Positions 1 through 13,257 of a stretch of 64,000 nucleotides of DNA are shown here, piece by piece. Position 1 is the stretch's first letter; each line of letters starts with the position of its first letter. The stretch is from Octopus sinensis. Taxonomy: Eukaryota. A program made the position numbers and the translations under genes. Under the pieces are notes generated by a model that ran no database searches, had not been told where the DNA came from, and saw only the letters and a program-made list of their open reading frames with translations. Where the stretch lies: positions 7,812,001 to 7,876,000 of the forward strand of contig NC_043016.1 of the NCBI RefSeq assembly GCF_006345805.1, written 5' to 3'.

Positions 1-197
1 GGATTCAGGAAGTTCTGAATGATACCCCAGACGACATCCTTCAGAAGGTTGTTCATTCTATCCCTGGTCGTTTGAGGAAACTGGATGCTGCCACCGGTGC
101 TTACGTTGAAATAAAGAACATGTATCATTTGCTTCCATAAATTTGAAAAAGGAATATGGATTTTATAACCAATTTTTAATGCCTATTTCACCCACCC

Positions 198-199
<2 letters not shown>
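1..199 (+). mobile_element. Tc1/mariner 3' end: transposase C-terminus and right TIR (truncated by window start)
   Basis: Frame from nt 3 reads IQEVLNDTPDDILQKVVHSIPGRLRKLDAATGAYVEIK, like Tc1/mariner C-termini. It ends in ...CACCCACCCTA-TA before a (TATG)n tract. Confidence 0.6.
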
Positions 200-229
<30 letters not shown>

Positions 230-379
230 TGTATGTATGTATGTATGTATGTATGTATGTATGTATGTGTGTGTATGTATGTATGTATGTATGTATGTAT
301 CAATGTATGTATGTATGTATACACACACATTCACACACAAATATTTATATATACACACACACATATGTATGTATGTATG

Positions 380-412
<33 letters not shown>

Positions 413-516
413 GTGTATGTGTGTATGTATGTAATCTATGTATGTATGAATGTAAGTGTGTATGTATAAGTGTGTATATGTATATGCAGGTACTACTACT
501 ACTACTACCACTACCA

Positions 517-555
<39 letters not shown>

Positions 556-577
556 ATAATAATAATAATAATAATCC
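200..577. repeat. Compound microsatellite (TATG)n-(TAC)n-(TAA)n
   Basis: Directly visible; explains ORFs 143..705. Confidence 0.95.
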
Positions 578-790
578 TTTCTACTATAGGTACAAGGCCT
601 GAAACTTTGGGGGAGGGGATAATCAATTACATTAACCCCAGTGTTTTACTGGTACTTAATCTATCGACCCCGAAAGGAGGAAAGGCAAAGTCGACATCGG
701 CGTAATTTGAACTCACAACGTAGCGGCAGGCGAAATACTGCTAAGCATTTCACCCGGTGTGCTAACGATCCTGCCGGATCGTCGCCTAAA
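578..790 (-). mobile_element. tRNA-derived SINE, family B variant with (ATT)n tail
   Basis: Reverse complement carries the family-B body (GTCGAC-TTTGCCTTT..CCTTTCGGGGTCGAT..AAGTACCAG) and B-box-like GAGTTCAAAT. Confidence 0.8.
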
Positions 791-1228
791 TAATAATAGT
801 GAAACAATAACAATAACAACAACAACATTAACAACACCAGCAACAACAACAGCAACAGCTGCTATCAGCAATGCCCATGCAAGGTTTTAAAGTCCAGTGC
901 GGCTTGTACAATATTACAACGACTCTCACTAGCAATACCAAGAAGCCAAGAGACAAGCAGAGTAAAAGAAATCCAGCGGGTTTTATATACGAGTTAGCCT
1001 TCTCTTAGAGGGATGACTTGACAAAGACAAGGGATCTCTCATTCTCAGTGGACCCACTGTACCCACCCTCAGGTATGCATATACATACATGCGTGCATAC
1101 ACATACACATACACTCACACACATAAATATGAATGCATATATATATATATGTATAAGTGTGTATGTATAAGTGTGTATATGTATATGCAGGTACTATACT
1201 ACTACTACTACTACTATACTACTACTAC

Positions 1229-1267
<39 letters not shown>

Positions 1268-1315
1268 TAATAATAATAATAATGATAATAATAATAATGA
1301 TAATAATAATAATCA

Positions 1316-1440
1316 GCCGAAATTTGCTATGATGATCCGGTTTCTGACTGAAGATTAAAGGCTTCGAATGACCCGTCTGTTTTCTGTGTTCGTCCCTTTG
1401 TGTATTTCACGTTCTTGTCCCTTTTTATATATAATTTTTA
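1316..1440 (+). repeat. Short dispersed repeat related to 17950-18075
   Basis: Both copies share CAGCCGAA..TGCTA.GATGATC..CTGA.GA....GGCTTCGAATG.CCCGTC. Confidence 0.5.
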
Positions 1441-1444
1441 TTCC

Positions 1445-1475
<31 letters not shown>

Positions 1476-1529
1476 GTGTGTGTGTGTCTATACACTCACA
1501 CACATATGTATGCATGCATATAAAAGAGG

Positions 1530-1850
1530 GTAAAAATAGAGGGTCAAGAATCTCTTCGGTCATGCATGGCCATGGGTATTGCACCTAGAAAGTTCCCCTC
1601 CAAGGCACAACGTGGGCAAGGTTGTTTATGGAAGACCAGCAGTCACCCTTTGGATAACATCAGTGGCCTCTTCTCTCTCCACCTCTGATGTTATCCAAAG
1701 GAAAGGCAAAGGGGCCGATACAGCTTGGCACCAGTGATGTCACAACTCATTTCTACAGCTGAGTGGACTGGAGCAACGTGAAAATAAAGTGTCTTGCTCA
1801 AGAACACAACACGCAGCCCGGTTCGGGAATCGAACTCACTGCCTCATGAT
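1530..1850 (-). mobile_element. tRNA-derived CORE-type SINE (family C)
   Basis: Reverse strand has a GTTCGATTCCC B box followed by CORE-like GTGTTCTTGAGCAAGACACTTTAT. Confidence 0.7.
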
Positions 1851-2112
1851 TTAATACCATCACCAGGCACTTCTAGAACTTCCACCGCCAAACCCTTGGG
1901 TACCCTTTGCAAAATCCAATTCTAAGTCACGTCACGTATATAAAACACTTTCATAAGACGCTTCCATTCTCTAAAGGGTATAAGGTAGCTCGTCAGCCAC
2001 AGGGCCAGCTTAACTTGAACCATTCCCCATACCAGTAAATTCCAGCCAAATCTACTCCGAATCTTATCTCCATTGTCTAAGAAAAGAACAGTGAATAAAG
2101 AACATCGGTATG

Positions 2113-2525
2113 AGATGGCAGAATCGTTAGTGCGCCGGGCGAAATGCTTAGCGGTATTTCGTCTGCTGTTACGTTCTGAGTTCAAATTCCGCCGAGGTCG
2201 ACTTTGCCTTCCATCCTTTCGGGATCGATTAAATAAGTACCAGTTACTCACTGGGGTCGATATAATCGACTTAATCCGTTTGTCTGTCCTTGTTTGTCAT
2301 CTCTGTGTTTAACCCCTTGTGGGTAGTAAAGAAATAGGTATTTCGACTGCTGCTACGTTCGGAGTTCAAATTCCGCCGAGGTCGACTTTGCCTTTCATCC
2401 TTTCGGGGTCGATTAAATAAGTACCAGTTACTCACTGGGGTCGATATAATCGACTTAATCCGTTTGTCTGTCCTTGTTTGTCCTCTCTGTGTTTAGCCCC
2501 TCGTGGCTAGTAAAGAAATAGGTAA
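2113..2525 (+). mobile_element. SINE family B with tandem partial duplication
   Basis: GGCAGAATCGTTAG..GAGTTCAAATTCCGCCGAGGTCGACTTTGCC body occurs twice (about 2113 and 2337). Confidence 0.9.
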
Positions 2526-3665
2526 AAGAAATGGTCACGGCTGGAATGTCTTTTATAATAATCTACACGATACAGATTGATCTCAAATTTAACAACAACA
2601 ACAACGACGACGACAATAACAACAACTGCAAGCAACAATCCTACCAGCTATATCCCATTCAATCAACTATCTTACCCGCTACTTTTCAGCCAACCGACTA
2701 GCCGGCCAGCCAGTCAGTCGAATTAACCAGTTTTGTTTTTCTTTCTTTTCTAAAGTGCTACTGAACTTATTCCCTTTCTCTTTACGCCAATCTACTTCCA
2801 ACAATTCAATCGTACTGACTTTTCTGGTTGTTTAGACACAGACACGGTGGTTTGGGGAGTATTTTGCACCTGTAATTTAATCTGAATTGCAGCTAATAGA
2901 GATTACGATACCAGAATTACATTATTCAATTAAAAAAGAAAATCCATCTCTCATTAAATGACTGAATTAACTGTAATGTAATGAGAGTTGGTGGATATTT
3001 CATCTGGGAAATATTACATTTTTCAGCCAGTACATCTCCTGAAACTAAAGTAATTTTCTTTATGAAATAAGAAAATGAAATACAACGGTCATAAATGTGA
3101 TAGAAATTGAGAACGAATGAATGAGTATATTTTGTTAATGTTGTATAGTTAAATTACCTAAGTAACAACTTAATGAACTAATATAATTGTTAATTATTTT
3201 CTAATCCAAAGAAGAAAACCATTATTTAAAGCTTGTGTGGGCTCTTCTGGTACAGAAATGTGAGAATGTTCTCAAGGAATTAGTAATGGTAACGTTTAAT
3301 TATTATTTTTTTTAAGTCTTAGAGAAGAAAGGGTAGCAAGAATGGCCCCTTTCTCTTTGTAGGGACTCTGAGATTGGTGAAATGAAGGATCTGGTGTTAA
3401 GCCAGGATTAAATTTACCACCCAAGAGCAAATCAGCTATTAAATGTTTGTAATTGGCATTGAATTAATGAACAGAAAGGGAGTATTGTAGGGAAGGCTGT
3501 CTGTGAAATACAAGCGGTGGAATACTATAGTTTGGTTTGGACGGTCGAAGTTGGAAAGATGAGAAAAAGAGTAGGAAATGGCGCTTGTAGCGGAATTAAT
3601 TAGTTTAAAGAAATGAAACTATTGTAAAATAAATAAATAATTAAATAAATAAGTAATTAAGTATA

Positions 3666-4075
3666 GGCGCAGGAGTGGCTGTGTGGTAAATAGCTTGCTA
3701 ACCAACCACATGGTTCCGGGTTCAGTCCCACTGCGTGGCATCTTGGGCAAGTGTCTTCTGCTATAGCCCCGGGCCGACCAATGCCTTGTAAGTGGATTTG
3801 GTAGACGGAAACTGAAAGAAGCCCGTCGTATATATGTATGTATATATATATGTGTGCGTGTATGTTTGTGTGTCTGTGTTTGTCCCCCTAGCATCGCTTG
3901 ACAACCGATGCTGGTGTGTTTACGTCCCCGTTACTTAGCGGTTCGGCAAAAAAGACCGATAGAATAAGTACTGGGCTTACAAAGAATAAGTCCCGGGGTC
4001 GATTTGCTCGACTAAAGGCGGTGCTCCAGTATGGCCGCAGTCAAATGACTGAAACAAGTAAAAGAAAGATAAAGA
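3666..4075 (+). mobile_element. tRNA-derived CORE-SINE family A (resembles octopus OR-type SINEs), full length
   Basis: GGCGCAGGAGTGGCTGTGTGGTAA head, GGTTCAGTCCC B box, CORE-like GGCATCTTGGGCAAGTGTCTT, internal (TA/TG)n, tail GACTGAAACAAGTAAAAG. Confidence 0.9.
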
Positions 4076-4279
4076 AGTAATTAAGTAAATAAATAAAATA
4101 GACGAAACATATTCTTGCAAGTTTGGGGACCTAGTTCTTTGCTCGATTTAACACCATCACCACCACTACCACCTGACCCTTAAACACCATGAGCAGAGTC
4201 CGCTTCTAAGTCACGTCACCTGTCTGGTGTGTCACATTCCCCGTTTTCTCCGACCAGTATTGGAGACACAGGATAAAAA

Positions 4280-4745
4280 GTCCGTGGAAGATTGCCTTAT
4301 GGTCATCTAAGGTCATGAATGGTAATGGGTAATAACTAAAACATGTACGATCGAGAATAAAAGCAGTCGAAATGCAATTCCTCTGAAGAATCTCGACAGA
4401 GTCTGTAACTTGGAAATTAGGGGACTCTTTCTAGGTCGAGCTGCTACTCAACATTTAGAGGTGACAGCTCAGGGACCTTGGATATGTGATCTGAATGGGA
4501 CAGGGAAAAAAATCGCAAGACGGATTCTTCAAACCGAGTCAGCTGGCAGGAGACCTAGAGAGTAGACCAAGAACGAGAAGCCTGAATAATGTTCATAGTC
4601 TCAGTTGGTTACTCATGGGAATCGGCTGGAAAGACTAATAGCGGTTGCTTCAGATAGGATCCTATGGAGGGTGGGTGGGGTACCTGAAGACTCTACCCCG
4701 ATTACTCTACCAGGAATGGTGGGCGGAGAGGATGACTGGCTTACT
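4280..4745 (+). mobile_element. RTE-clade (Rex3/Expander-like) LINE 3' relic
   Basis: Decayed translation YGHEW..RSRIKAVEMQFL*RI..ARRILQTESAGRRPRE matches RTE C-terminal motifs; ends in a (TACA)n tail. Confidence 0.65.
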
Positions 4746-4812
4746 GTATACATACATACATACATACATACATACATACATACATACATACATACATACA
4801 TACATACATACT

Positions 4813-4885
<73 letters not shown>

Positions 4886-5079
4886 TGGAGAGGTGAAGGT
4901 GAGTATGTGGGTGGGTGCGTATTTATATATATTTATGTATGTATATTTGTGTGCATGTAAGATTATATGAAAGAATGTATGTTTATATGTAGACAAGGAT
5001 AATTTAACATAGTATGAGAATCCGTAAATCGCACGAACGTTAGGGATCTAGTTATATTCTTTTGTGTTTTGAATTCAAA

Positions 5080-5885
5080 GACACACATACGCACACAGTC
5101 ACACACACACAAACATATATATATATATATATACATATACACACAAATTTATGCGTACATGGATATATGCATACATACATACATACATATATGCATACAT
5201 ATATGCATACATACATACACGTACATACTTACACATACATGCATACACACATACATACACGCATACAAACACACACATATACATACATACAGACATACGT
5301 AAACCATACATGCATGCATACATATATGAATGCATACATACATGCATACATGCATACTTGCATAGATACATACACACACATACAGACAGACACATGCATA
5401 CACACACATAAATATACATACATATATATATACATGCATACATACATATAAACGTGCAAACATACATAAATATATAGATACATGTATACATGCATACAAG
5501 CATAGATGCATGCGTACATACATGCATGCGTACATACATGCATGCATACATACATGCATGCATACATACATACTTGCATGCATACATACATAGGTGCATT
5601 CATACATACATGCATACATATATACATACATACATATATACATGCATACATAGAGGCTTAAATACATACATGCATGCATGCATGCACACATACATACATA
5701 CATACATACATACATACACGCATGCATACATACATGCACACATACATACATACATACATGCACACATACATACATACATACATACATACATACATACATA
5801 CATACATACATACATACATAGATACATACATGCATGCATACATACATGCACACATACATACATACATACATACATGCACACATAT
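5080..5885. repeat. Long compound (TACA)n/(TGCA) microsatellite
   Basis: Directly visible; explains ORFs 5062..5913. Confidence 0.95.
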
Positions 5886-6047
5886 AGGTGTTCGCATAGA
5901 TAAAATCGATTAATAATACAATAAAAATTTGTTAATCAAATCATGGAATATTTCATTTAAGCTTTCTGGAGAAATACATTCATACAATATTTCGTTTTGG
6001 GTTTTGGTTTGCAAGATTCTTTATGTGAGTTCATGTGTTGAAGTATA

Positions 6048-6327
6048 TTCTGTTGTGTCTGGGGAGAGTCATTTCCTTTTTGTGCCTTATAATGTAACAC
6101 ACTCACCGGTAAAATTTCCACTTTTTCCTTATTTTTATTGTCTTAAAATTTTCGTTGCATCTTGCAACCTTTTCAACAGTTTTAACTCTCAAAAACTATT
6201 GAAAAGGTTGCAAGACGCAACGAAAATTTTAGGACAATAAAAATAAGAAAAACGTGGAAATTTTACCGGTGAGTGTGTTACATAATAAGGCACAAAAAGA
6301 AAATGACTCTCCCAAGACACAACAGAA
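6048..6327. repeat. Long near-perfect palindrome (136-bp arms, 8-nt loop)
   Basis: 6048-6183 is the reverse complement of 6192-6327 with 8 mismatches by hand alignment. Confidence 0.95.
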
Positions 6328-6621
6328 CATTCATACAATGACATACACATATGGAATAAGCGCTTCTGCATACAACACAACAAATAGTAATGAGTCAGAT
6401 GCACTTAAGTGCAAACATGACAGACATAACCGCTGTGGTTATAAGCACCCAGGCATGACTGCGACTAGGCTGGAGCACCACACTGAAGGGCTTTGTCGAG
6501 CAAATCGACCCAAATACTTCCTTTTATTTTTTCTTTTGTTTTTTAAGTCTCATTGTTATTTTACCAATCGCTTTTGCTGAATTTCTGGGTTGTAAGAAAA
6601 TAAACGAAGCAATGCGATAAG

Positions 6622-6948
6622 AAAGGCGGCTAGCTGGCAGAAACGTTAGCACGCCGGGCGAAATGCTTAGCGGTATTTCGTCTGCCGTTACGTTCCGAGT
6701 TCAAATTCCGCCTTGATCGATTTTGCCTTTCATCCTTTCCGGGTCGATTAAATAAATACCAGTTACGCTCTGGGGTCGATATAATTGACTTAATCCGTTT
6801 GCCTGTCCTTGTTTGTCCTCTCTGTCTTTAGCCCCTTGTGGGTAGTAAAGAAATAAGTATTTCGCCTGTGTTTAAGGCTTCGAGCTGGCAGAATCGTTAG
6901 CACGCCGGGAGAAATGCTTTGCGGTATTTCGTCTGCCGTTACGTTCAT
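6622..6948 (+). mobile_element. SINE family B plus partial second head
   Basis: AAGGCGGCTAGCTGGCAGAAACGTTAGC head and family body. Confidence 0.85.
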
Positions 6949-7251
6949 TTTGTTTGTTTGTTTGTTTTTTGTTATTCTATGGTTTAGAAGTGAGGCTCGC
7001 CGGAAGTACTCTCTACAATTTTCATTTTGCAAATATTTATTCCGACATTTATCTCTGCTGCAATGACAGCAAAACGCACACTGTGTCCTATTGTTGTCTG
7101 TTTGAATGCACTAATAATCAAATAAATGAATAAATAAATCATAATAAAAAAAACGATGTTATGTAAAATTAAATTAGAAGTGCTACAATGATATGACGAA
7201 AGCACATCGAGTTGTCGGCATCACTAGATTTTGGCTTCAACCAGCAACTGC

Positions 7252-7365
7252 AGTGGAGGCGCAATGGCCCAGTGGTTAGGGCAGCGGACTCACGGTCGGA
7301 GGATCGCGATTTCGATTCCCAGACCGGGCGTTGTGTATGTTTTTTGATCGAAATAAAACGTCAAA
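7252..7365 (+). mobile_element. tRNA-derived SINE family D, 5' part
   Basis: A box TGGCCCAGTGG and B-box-like TTTCGATTCCC; same family as 13258-13572. Confidence 0.75.
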
Positions 7366-7431
7366 GCTTGTGTTCAACGTCTAACACTTATTTAGAACAG
7401 AACAAGCTTAACAGGCAATTTCATTTATCTT

Positions 7432-7650
7432 CTAACTTTGACTTATTTCAGTCATTAGACTGCAGCCATGCTCGTGTACAGCCTTCAAGAATTTCAGGTT
7501 GAATATATCGATCTCAATATTTATATATTTAAAAAAAAAAAATGGTACTTTTCTATCGGTTTCTTTTGCCGAACGACTAAGTTACGGAAATGTAAACACA
7601 CCAGCACCAGTTGTCAAGCAGTGGTGGTGGCACAAAGACACAGACACAAA

Positions 7651-7694
<44 letters not shown>

Positions 7695-7850
7695 ACGACG
7701 GGCTTCTTTCAGATTCCATCTACCAAATTCACTCACAAGGCTTTGATCGGCCCAAGGCTATAGTAGGAGACACTTACCCAAGGTGCCACGCAGTGGGAAT
7801 GAACTGAGAACCATGTGGCTGGGACGTAAGCTTCTTACCACATAGCCACA
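7432..7850 (-). mobile_element. SINE family A
   Basis: Reverse complement of family A head, CORE and tail. Confidence 0.85.
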
Positions 7851-8223
7851 TCCGAAATAAAGCGACATAAAATAAATGAAAAATATCGTTGAAAGAGATA
7901 CACCCGTGTAACTCTTCATATTTATTTTCTGCTTTACAGACCTGAAGAGAAAGAGATCAAGTGCTTAAAAGGGAAAAACTTCTTGAGGAGTTCGTTCTTA
8001 AGCTTCATAATGAATGTTTCAAAATTGCATAATATTATTTCTAATTTTGGCACTTGACTGATACTTATTTTATCGACCCCGAAAGAATGAAAAGCAAAGT
8101 CAACCTCGGTGGGATTTGAACTCCGAAATCATGAGTCAAAAGAAATGTCGCTCAACATTCTGTTTGCCTAGCGAACGATTGCAACACAAGAACGAAAAGT
8201 GCATTATATGTAGTTGACGGGAA

Positions 8224-8457
8224 AAGGCGGCGAGCTGGCAGAAACGTTAGCACGCCGGGCGAAATGCTTAGCGGTATTTCGTCTGCCGTTACGTTCCGAG
8301 TTCAAATTCCGCCGAGGTCGACTTTGCCTTTCATCCTTTCGGGGTCGATTAAATAAGTACCAGTTATGCACTGGGGTCGATGTAATCGACTTAATCCCTT
8401 TGTCTGTCCTTGCTTGTCCCCTCTATGTTTAGCCCCTCGTGGGCAAAAAAGAAATAT
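8224..8457 (+). mobile_element. SINE family B, full length
   Basis: Family B head and body. Confidence 0.9.
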
Positions 8458-8516
8458 ATATGTAGTTGACAAGTATGTCTGAAAGTACCGCCAAAGAAGA
8501 TACGATTGCATTTCCG

Positions 8517-8968
8517 GCGCAGGTATAGCTGTTTGGTAAGAAGTTTACTTCTCAACCACATGGTTCCGGGTTCAGCCCCTAATGCGTGGCACCTTGTGTG
8601 AGTGTCTTCTACTATAACTTCGAACCAACCAAAGCCGTGTGAGCAGATTAGCTAGACGGAAACTAAAAGAAGCTCGTCGTATATATATATATATAAATAT
8701 ATATATATATATGTATATATATATATTATGTTAATTACTATTTTGTTTAATAAAGATGATTCGAAAATTAAAAAATGTAAACTAGGAGTGGCTGTGTGGT
8801 AAGTAGCTGCTAACCAACCACATGGTTCTGGGTTCAGTCCCACTGCGTGGCACCTTGGGCAAGTGTCTTCTGCTATAGCCCGGGCCGACCAATGCCTTGT
8901 GAGTGGATTTTGTAGACGGAAACTGAAAGAAGTCTGTCGTATATATATGTATATAATATATAATATAT

Positions 8969-9015
<47 letters not shown>

Positions 9016-9225
9016 CTGTGTTTATCCCCCTAGCATTGCTTAACAACCGATGCTGGTGTGTTACGTCCCCGTCACTTAGCGGTTCGGCAAAAGACCGAAA
9101 GAAAGAATAAGTACTGGGTTTACAAAGAATAAAGTCCCGGGGTCGATTTGCTCGACTAAAGGCGGTGCTCCAGCATGGCTGCAGTCAAATGACTGAGACA
9201 CATAGTAAAAGAGTAAAGAGAGAGT
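8517..9225 (+). mobile_element. SINE family A head (8517-8680) and full copy (8783-9225)
   Basis: Family A motifs. Confidence 0.85.
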
Positions 9226-9652
9226 AGGGATTAGCTACTTTAAAGGAGGCAGTAGACACCCTTGCACACAGTATACGAACACAGATCATATGTCGGTACC
9301 AGCTGGAAAAGATATTTTCCTAGGGCTAAAAAGTAGTAACATCGTTCTGCGTAGGACTACCTCGTTGCGTTGGCAAATAGACTTTACTATATATATATAA
9401 TAATATTAGGGAGTAAATCCAAACTTACAGGGAAAAATTAGATTTAGGATTAAATCTAATTTTATAGTATAAATATATATATTAAATTAGAGATAAAACC
9501 ACTATTAGGCAAATCAAACAGTGAAAATCATAAACCAATACATACAAAAAAATTAATTAATAAAAAATATAAAATATAAAATTCAAAATTTAAATTATTT
9601 AAATTTAAATTTAAATTTAAAAATTATTTAAATTAATAATTTATACTTATAA

Positions 9653-9832
<180 letters not shown>

Positions 9833-9854
9833 TTATATTTATTTATTTATTTAT

Positions 9855-11150
9855 TTTTTAAATATATATAACTATCAAAAAGTATTAAAAGTTTAATATA
9901 AGATAAAGAGTAAAACCACTACGATCGTTTCATGCCCATAAACCAATTCGAATAACAAAAGCTAAGTATATATTATATTTAAATATTTTAATATGTCTTA
10001 TGGTATAATATTGTTTTTTATATAAATATTGATGGTTATGTAATGATCTAATTAGCGTAATTTTTTCTATATAATTATTAGATATTAACTTTACGTTTAT
10101 TCGTAAGACTTTACTTAGCCAAAGAAATATATAGTTCTTTAACTGTTATACGAGTTTTTTAACGTTAGGTTTCATGTATATATATGTATTGATAGCATAA
10201 ATTTTAGTCATAAATAACTATATTTGTTGATAGTTATTTTAAATTTCTTATAATTGTTATTATAACTTATATATTGTTTTTTAAATCGATAGTTGGTAGT
10301 AATATTATTCCCATTGATAAATATATTTGTAGTATTTATTTGATACTATATAACTACGGATTGATTATTTCACTAAGTATTTTATTATTCTATTTTAACT
10401 ATACGATTTTTGAAAGTTATTAGTTAGCCAAAGAGATATATAATACGTTAAATTGTTATAGCGTTCATTTAAGATTGTTTATTTGTTTTTTTTTACAATT
10501 AGCTATTTCATTTTAATCTTTTAATCTTTTAATCTTTTAATATTTTATAAGTAATAATGAATAATTAAGTTATTAGGTCTTTATTATACGTACATATATA
10601 TTTATTGATAGAGATAATTTTAGATCTTAATTCTAATATTTATATACATTTATATATTTTCATTGATAATTTATTTATTATTGAAATATTATATAATTAT
10701 TTGACTTGAAATTATATTTAATAATATGAATAGTTTTTTTTTGTAAATTATGTATATAATTAGATATTGACTATAACTGATATTAGATTATTTGTGGGTT
10801 TCTTACCTTAAAAATTAATACTTAAAAATTAATATTTAACATTATAATCGATTGTATGACACAATCATAATCGTTAAGTTACTAGTTTGATAATAGAGTT
10901 TTTTATAAGAAAAATTATTATTTTATTTATTTCTTAAAAAATATTGTTTAAATATTTCTGATTATTTATTTAAATATTATAATTAACCTGAAGATTGACT
11001 ATAACCATAATTCGAATTATAAATTGAATTTAAATTATTGTTATTCGAATTGGTTTATGGGCATGAAACGATCGTAGTGGTTTTACTCTTTATCGTATTT
11101 TAAACTTTTAATACTTTTTGATAGTTATATATATTTAAAAAAAATAAATA
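9855..11150. mobile_element. AT-rich non-autonomous inverted-repeat (fold-back-like) element
   Basis: 9855-9958 is the reverse complement of 11038-11150 (about 2 mismatches; core AAAACCACTACGATCGTTTCATGCCCATAAACCAATTCGAATAACAA). Outer flanks are (ATT)n on the left and (AAT)n on the right. Confidence 0.7.
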
Positions 11151-11163
11151 TAAAATAATAATG

Positions 11164-11232
<69 letters not shown>

Positions 11233-12080
11233 TATTTATTATGGCGGTGCCCCAGCATGGCCACAGCTCATAAGCTGAAACTGGAAAAATCAAAATCAAA
11301 ATCATATATACATATACATATACATACACACACATATATATACATGTATGTAATGTATATATATATAATATATGCATGTAATGTATGTATGTATATACAT
11401 ACATATATATATATATGTACGCGAGCGCGTGTGTGTGCGGGCGATCTTGCGTGTTTGTCCGCCACCACCGCTTGATAAGCGGTGTTCCAGCATGACCGCA
11501 GTTCAATGATTGAAAGTAGTAAAAAGGCTAAACAAAGGATACACCAATTTCTAAAATCTCATTAAAATAACAATAAAAATTTTTTACTAGTTTAATTAAC
11601 TTTAGTTTCTACCAAACATTTTAAATTCAAATTAATCGTATAATTGTAGATACTGACATGGATTTACTTGTTCCAGAGACGTTGTAGTGCGGCCATGCTG
11701 GGGCACCGCTTTGAAGTGTTTGGTCGATTTGTTAGCTTGTCTATATAAATGTGGATATGCTAGTGGACTTTTGTATCTTTCGATGTCGCTTGGTCGAATA
11801 TATAAAAGGTAAGTTTTTCCTAGCATTTCTAGATTTATGAAAAATATTATGTTGATAAGGAAATGAACTTTACGATTCTAATCCAGAAGCGTGCGTCCAT
11901 AATTAATCCAGTAGACTGTGTGGTTTCGTTGTTTTTCTTCTTCTTTTACCATATGTGAGTTACAAATACTGTTGTTTGTGGAGACTTATTTTTGTAGTAA
12001 AAGAAATAGTAGCCCTTTGACTGCTATTTCTAATATTTTCGGTATGTGGTTTAAGCAACTTGTTGCAAAAAACCCTTATT

Positions 12081-12112
<32 letters not shown>

Positions 12113-12120
12113 TATAATAT

Positions 12121-12156
<36 letters not shown>

Positions 12157-12399
12157 CATTTATATATATATATGTTTATATATATATGTTTATATAGATG
12201 TAGGCTTTTGATCGGTCCGGGTCTATAGTCAAAGACACTTGCCCAAGGTGCTACGCAGTGGGACTGAACCAGAAAGCACGAGGCTGCAAAGCGTGATTCT
12301 TAACTCCACAGGCTTACCAGTGCCTATTAAACTAAATTTCATTAAATTCCTTACTTATAATTTCTTTGATTTATTATCAAAGAATATTGACATTTCAAC

Positions 12400-13040
12400 A
12401 GAAATACATCGCAATCTTTGAAAATGGACGTATACTTCTTATGGACAATACTCACCACCTAACTTGGATGACCTGACACATAACGTTCAATTAGTTTTCC
12501 TACCTGCAATCAACCAAGATGATTTAACCTAACGACCAAGGGGTTAATGCCACAATCAAAGCCTACTTTTTACGGCGTATCTTTACGCAATTGATTTAAT
12601 TCTTAGATGGCGAAACTAAACTTAATGTGATGGAATTTTAGCTTGGCTACCGCATCATGATTGCTATTGAAAATTTTGACAGGCATGGAGGGAAGGGAAA
12701 TTAATCACAATGAGTTTTATGTGCAGTAAAATCTATCTAATCAGCGTTGTAGATTTACTGGGTTTTAAGGAGCTAAGCTAATATAAAATGTTTATAAAGA
12801 GATCGTTGGACTGACGCACTAGGCTGGAATTAATGAAATATATCAAGATATGATGGAAAAATTTGAATCTCATAGTGAGAGCGAGCATCCGAAACCACCA
12901 CCAATTTTAACGACTAAATATTTATCTAAGGATTTCCAGTTTTAGATAAAGATAGCGACCGCCTTCATCGGAAACGATTCTTCAAGAGTTAATTTAGAAG
13001 TGAGCAGATTAATTATGGTTTCTAAATTTAAGAAGAAAGC
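12400..13040 (+). mobile_element. Tigger/pogo (CENP-B-like) transposase relic
   Basis: Frameshifted peptides MDN..PNLDDLTHNVQLVFLP and DQGVNATIKAYFLRRIFTQLI are typical of the pogo DDE domain. Confidence 0.75.
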
Positions 13041-13257
13041 CAATATTTTTTTGAAAAAAAAAAAAAAGCGTAAAAAAATAATCAGTACTGCCAGTTCCAG
13101 TACTTTGGCTGGCATTTTAGCTTTATCGACTCGGAAACGAGTAAAGGCAAAGTCGACCTCTGCAGGATTCGAACCCAGGAAGTAAAGAGTTGGGACAACT
13201 TTTCTTGACGCTTTAACAATTCTATTAGTTCACCGCCTTTGTGGTGAGTTTGTATAA

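Noticed and set aside
1316-1385. CTGAAGA/CTGATGA cores in the 1316 and 17950 repeat family as hammerheads
   Set aside because: They are followed by GAAT rather than GAAA, and I could not form convincing helices I and III.
7252-7325. Functional tRNA genes in SINE heads (also 13500-13572 and 61438-61590)
   Set aside because: Acceptor stems are not formed and the heads continue into SINE bodies or microsatellite tails.
7921-8035. Acceptor-like TTTCTGCTTTACAG followed by a short open frame (PEEKEIKCLKGK..)
   Set aside because: No recognisable protein, no donor, and short open frames are expected by chance.
11738-11814. Possible 71-nt exon ending AAG|GTAAGT
   Set aside because: Weak acceptor overlapping a SINE remnant; no homology recognised.
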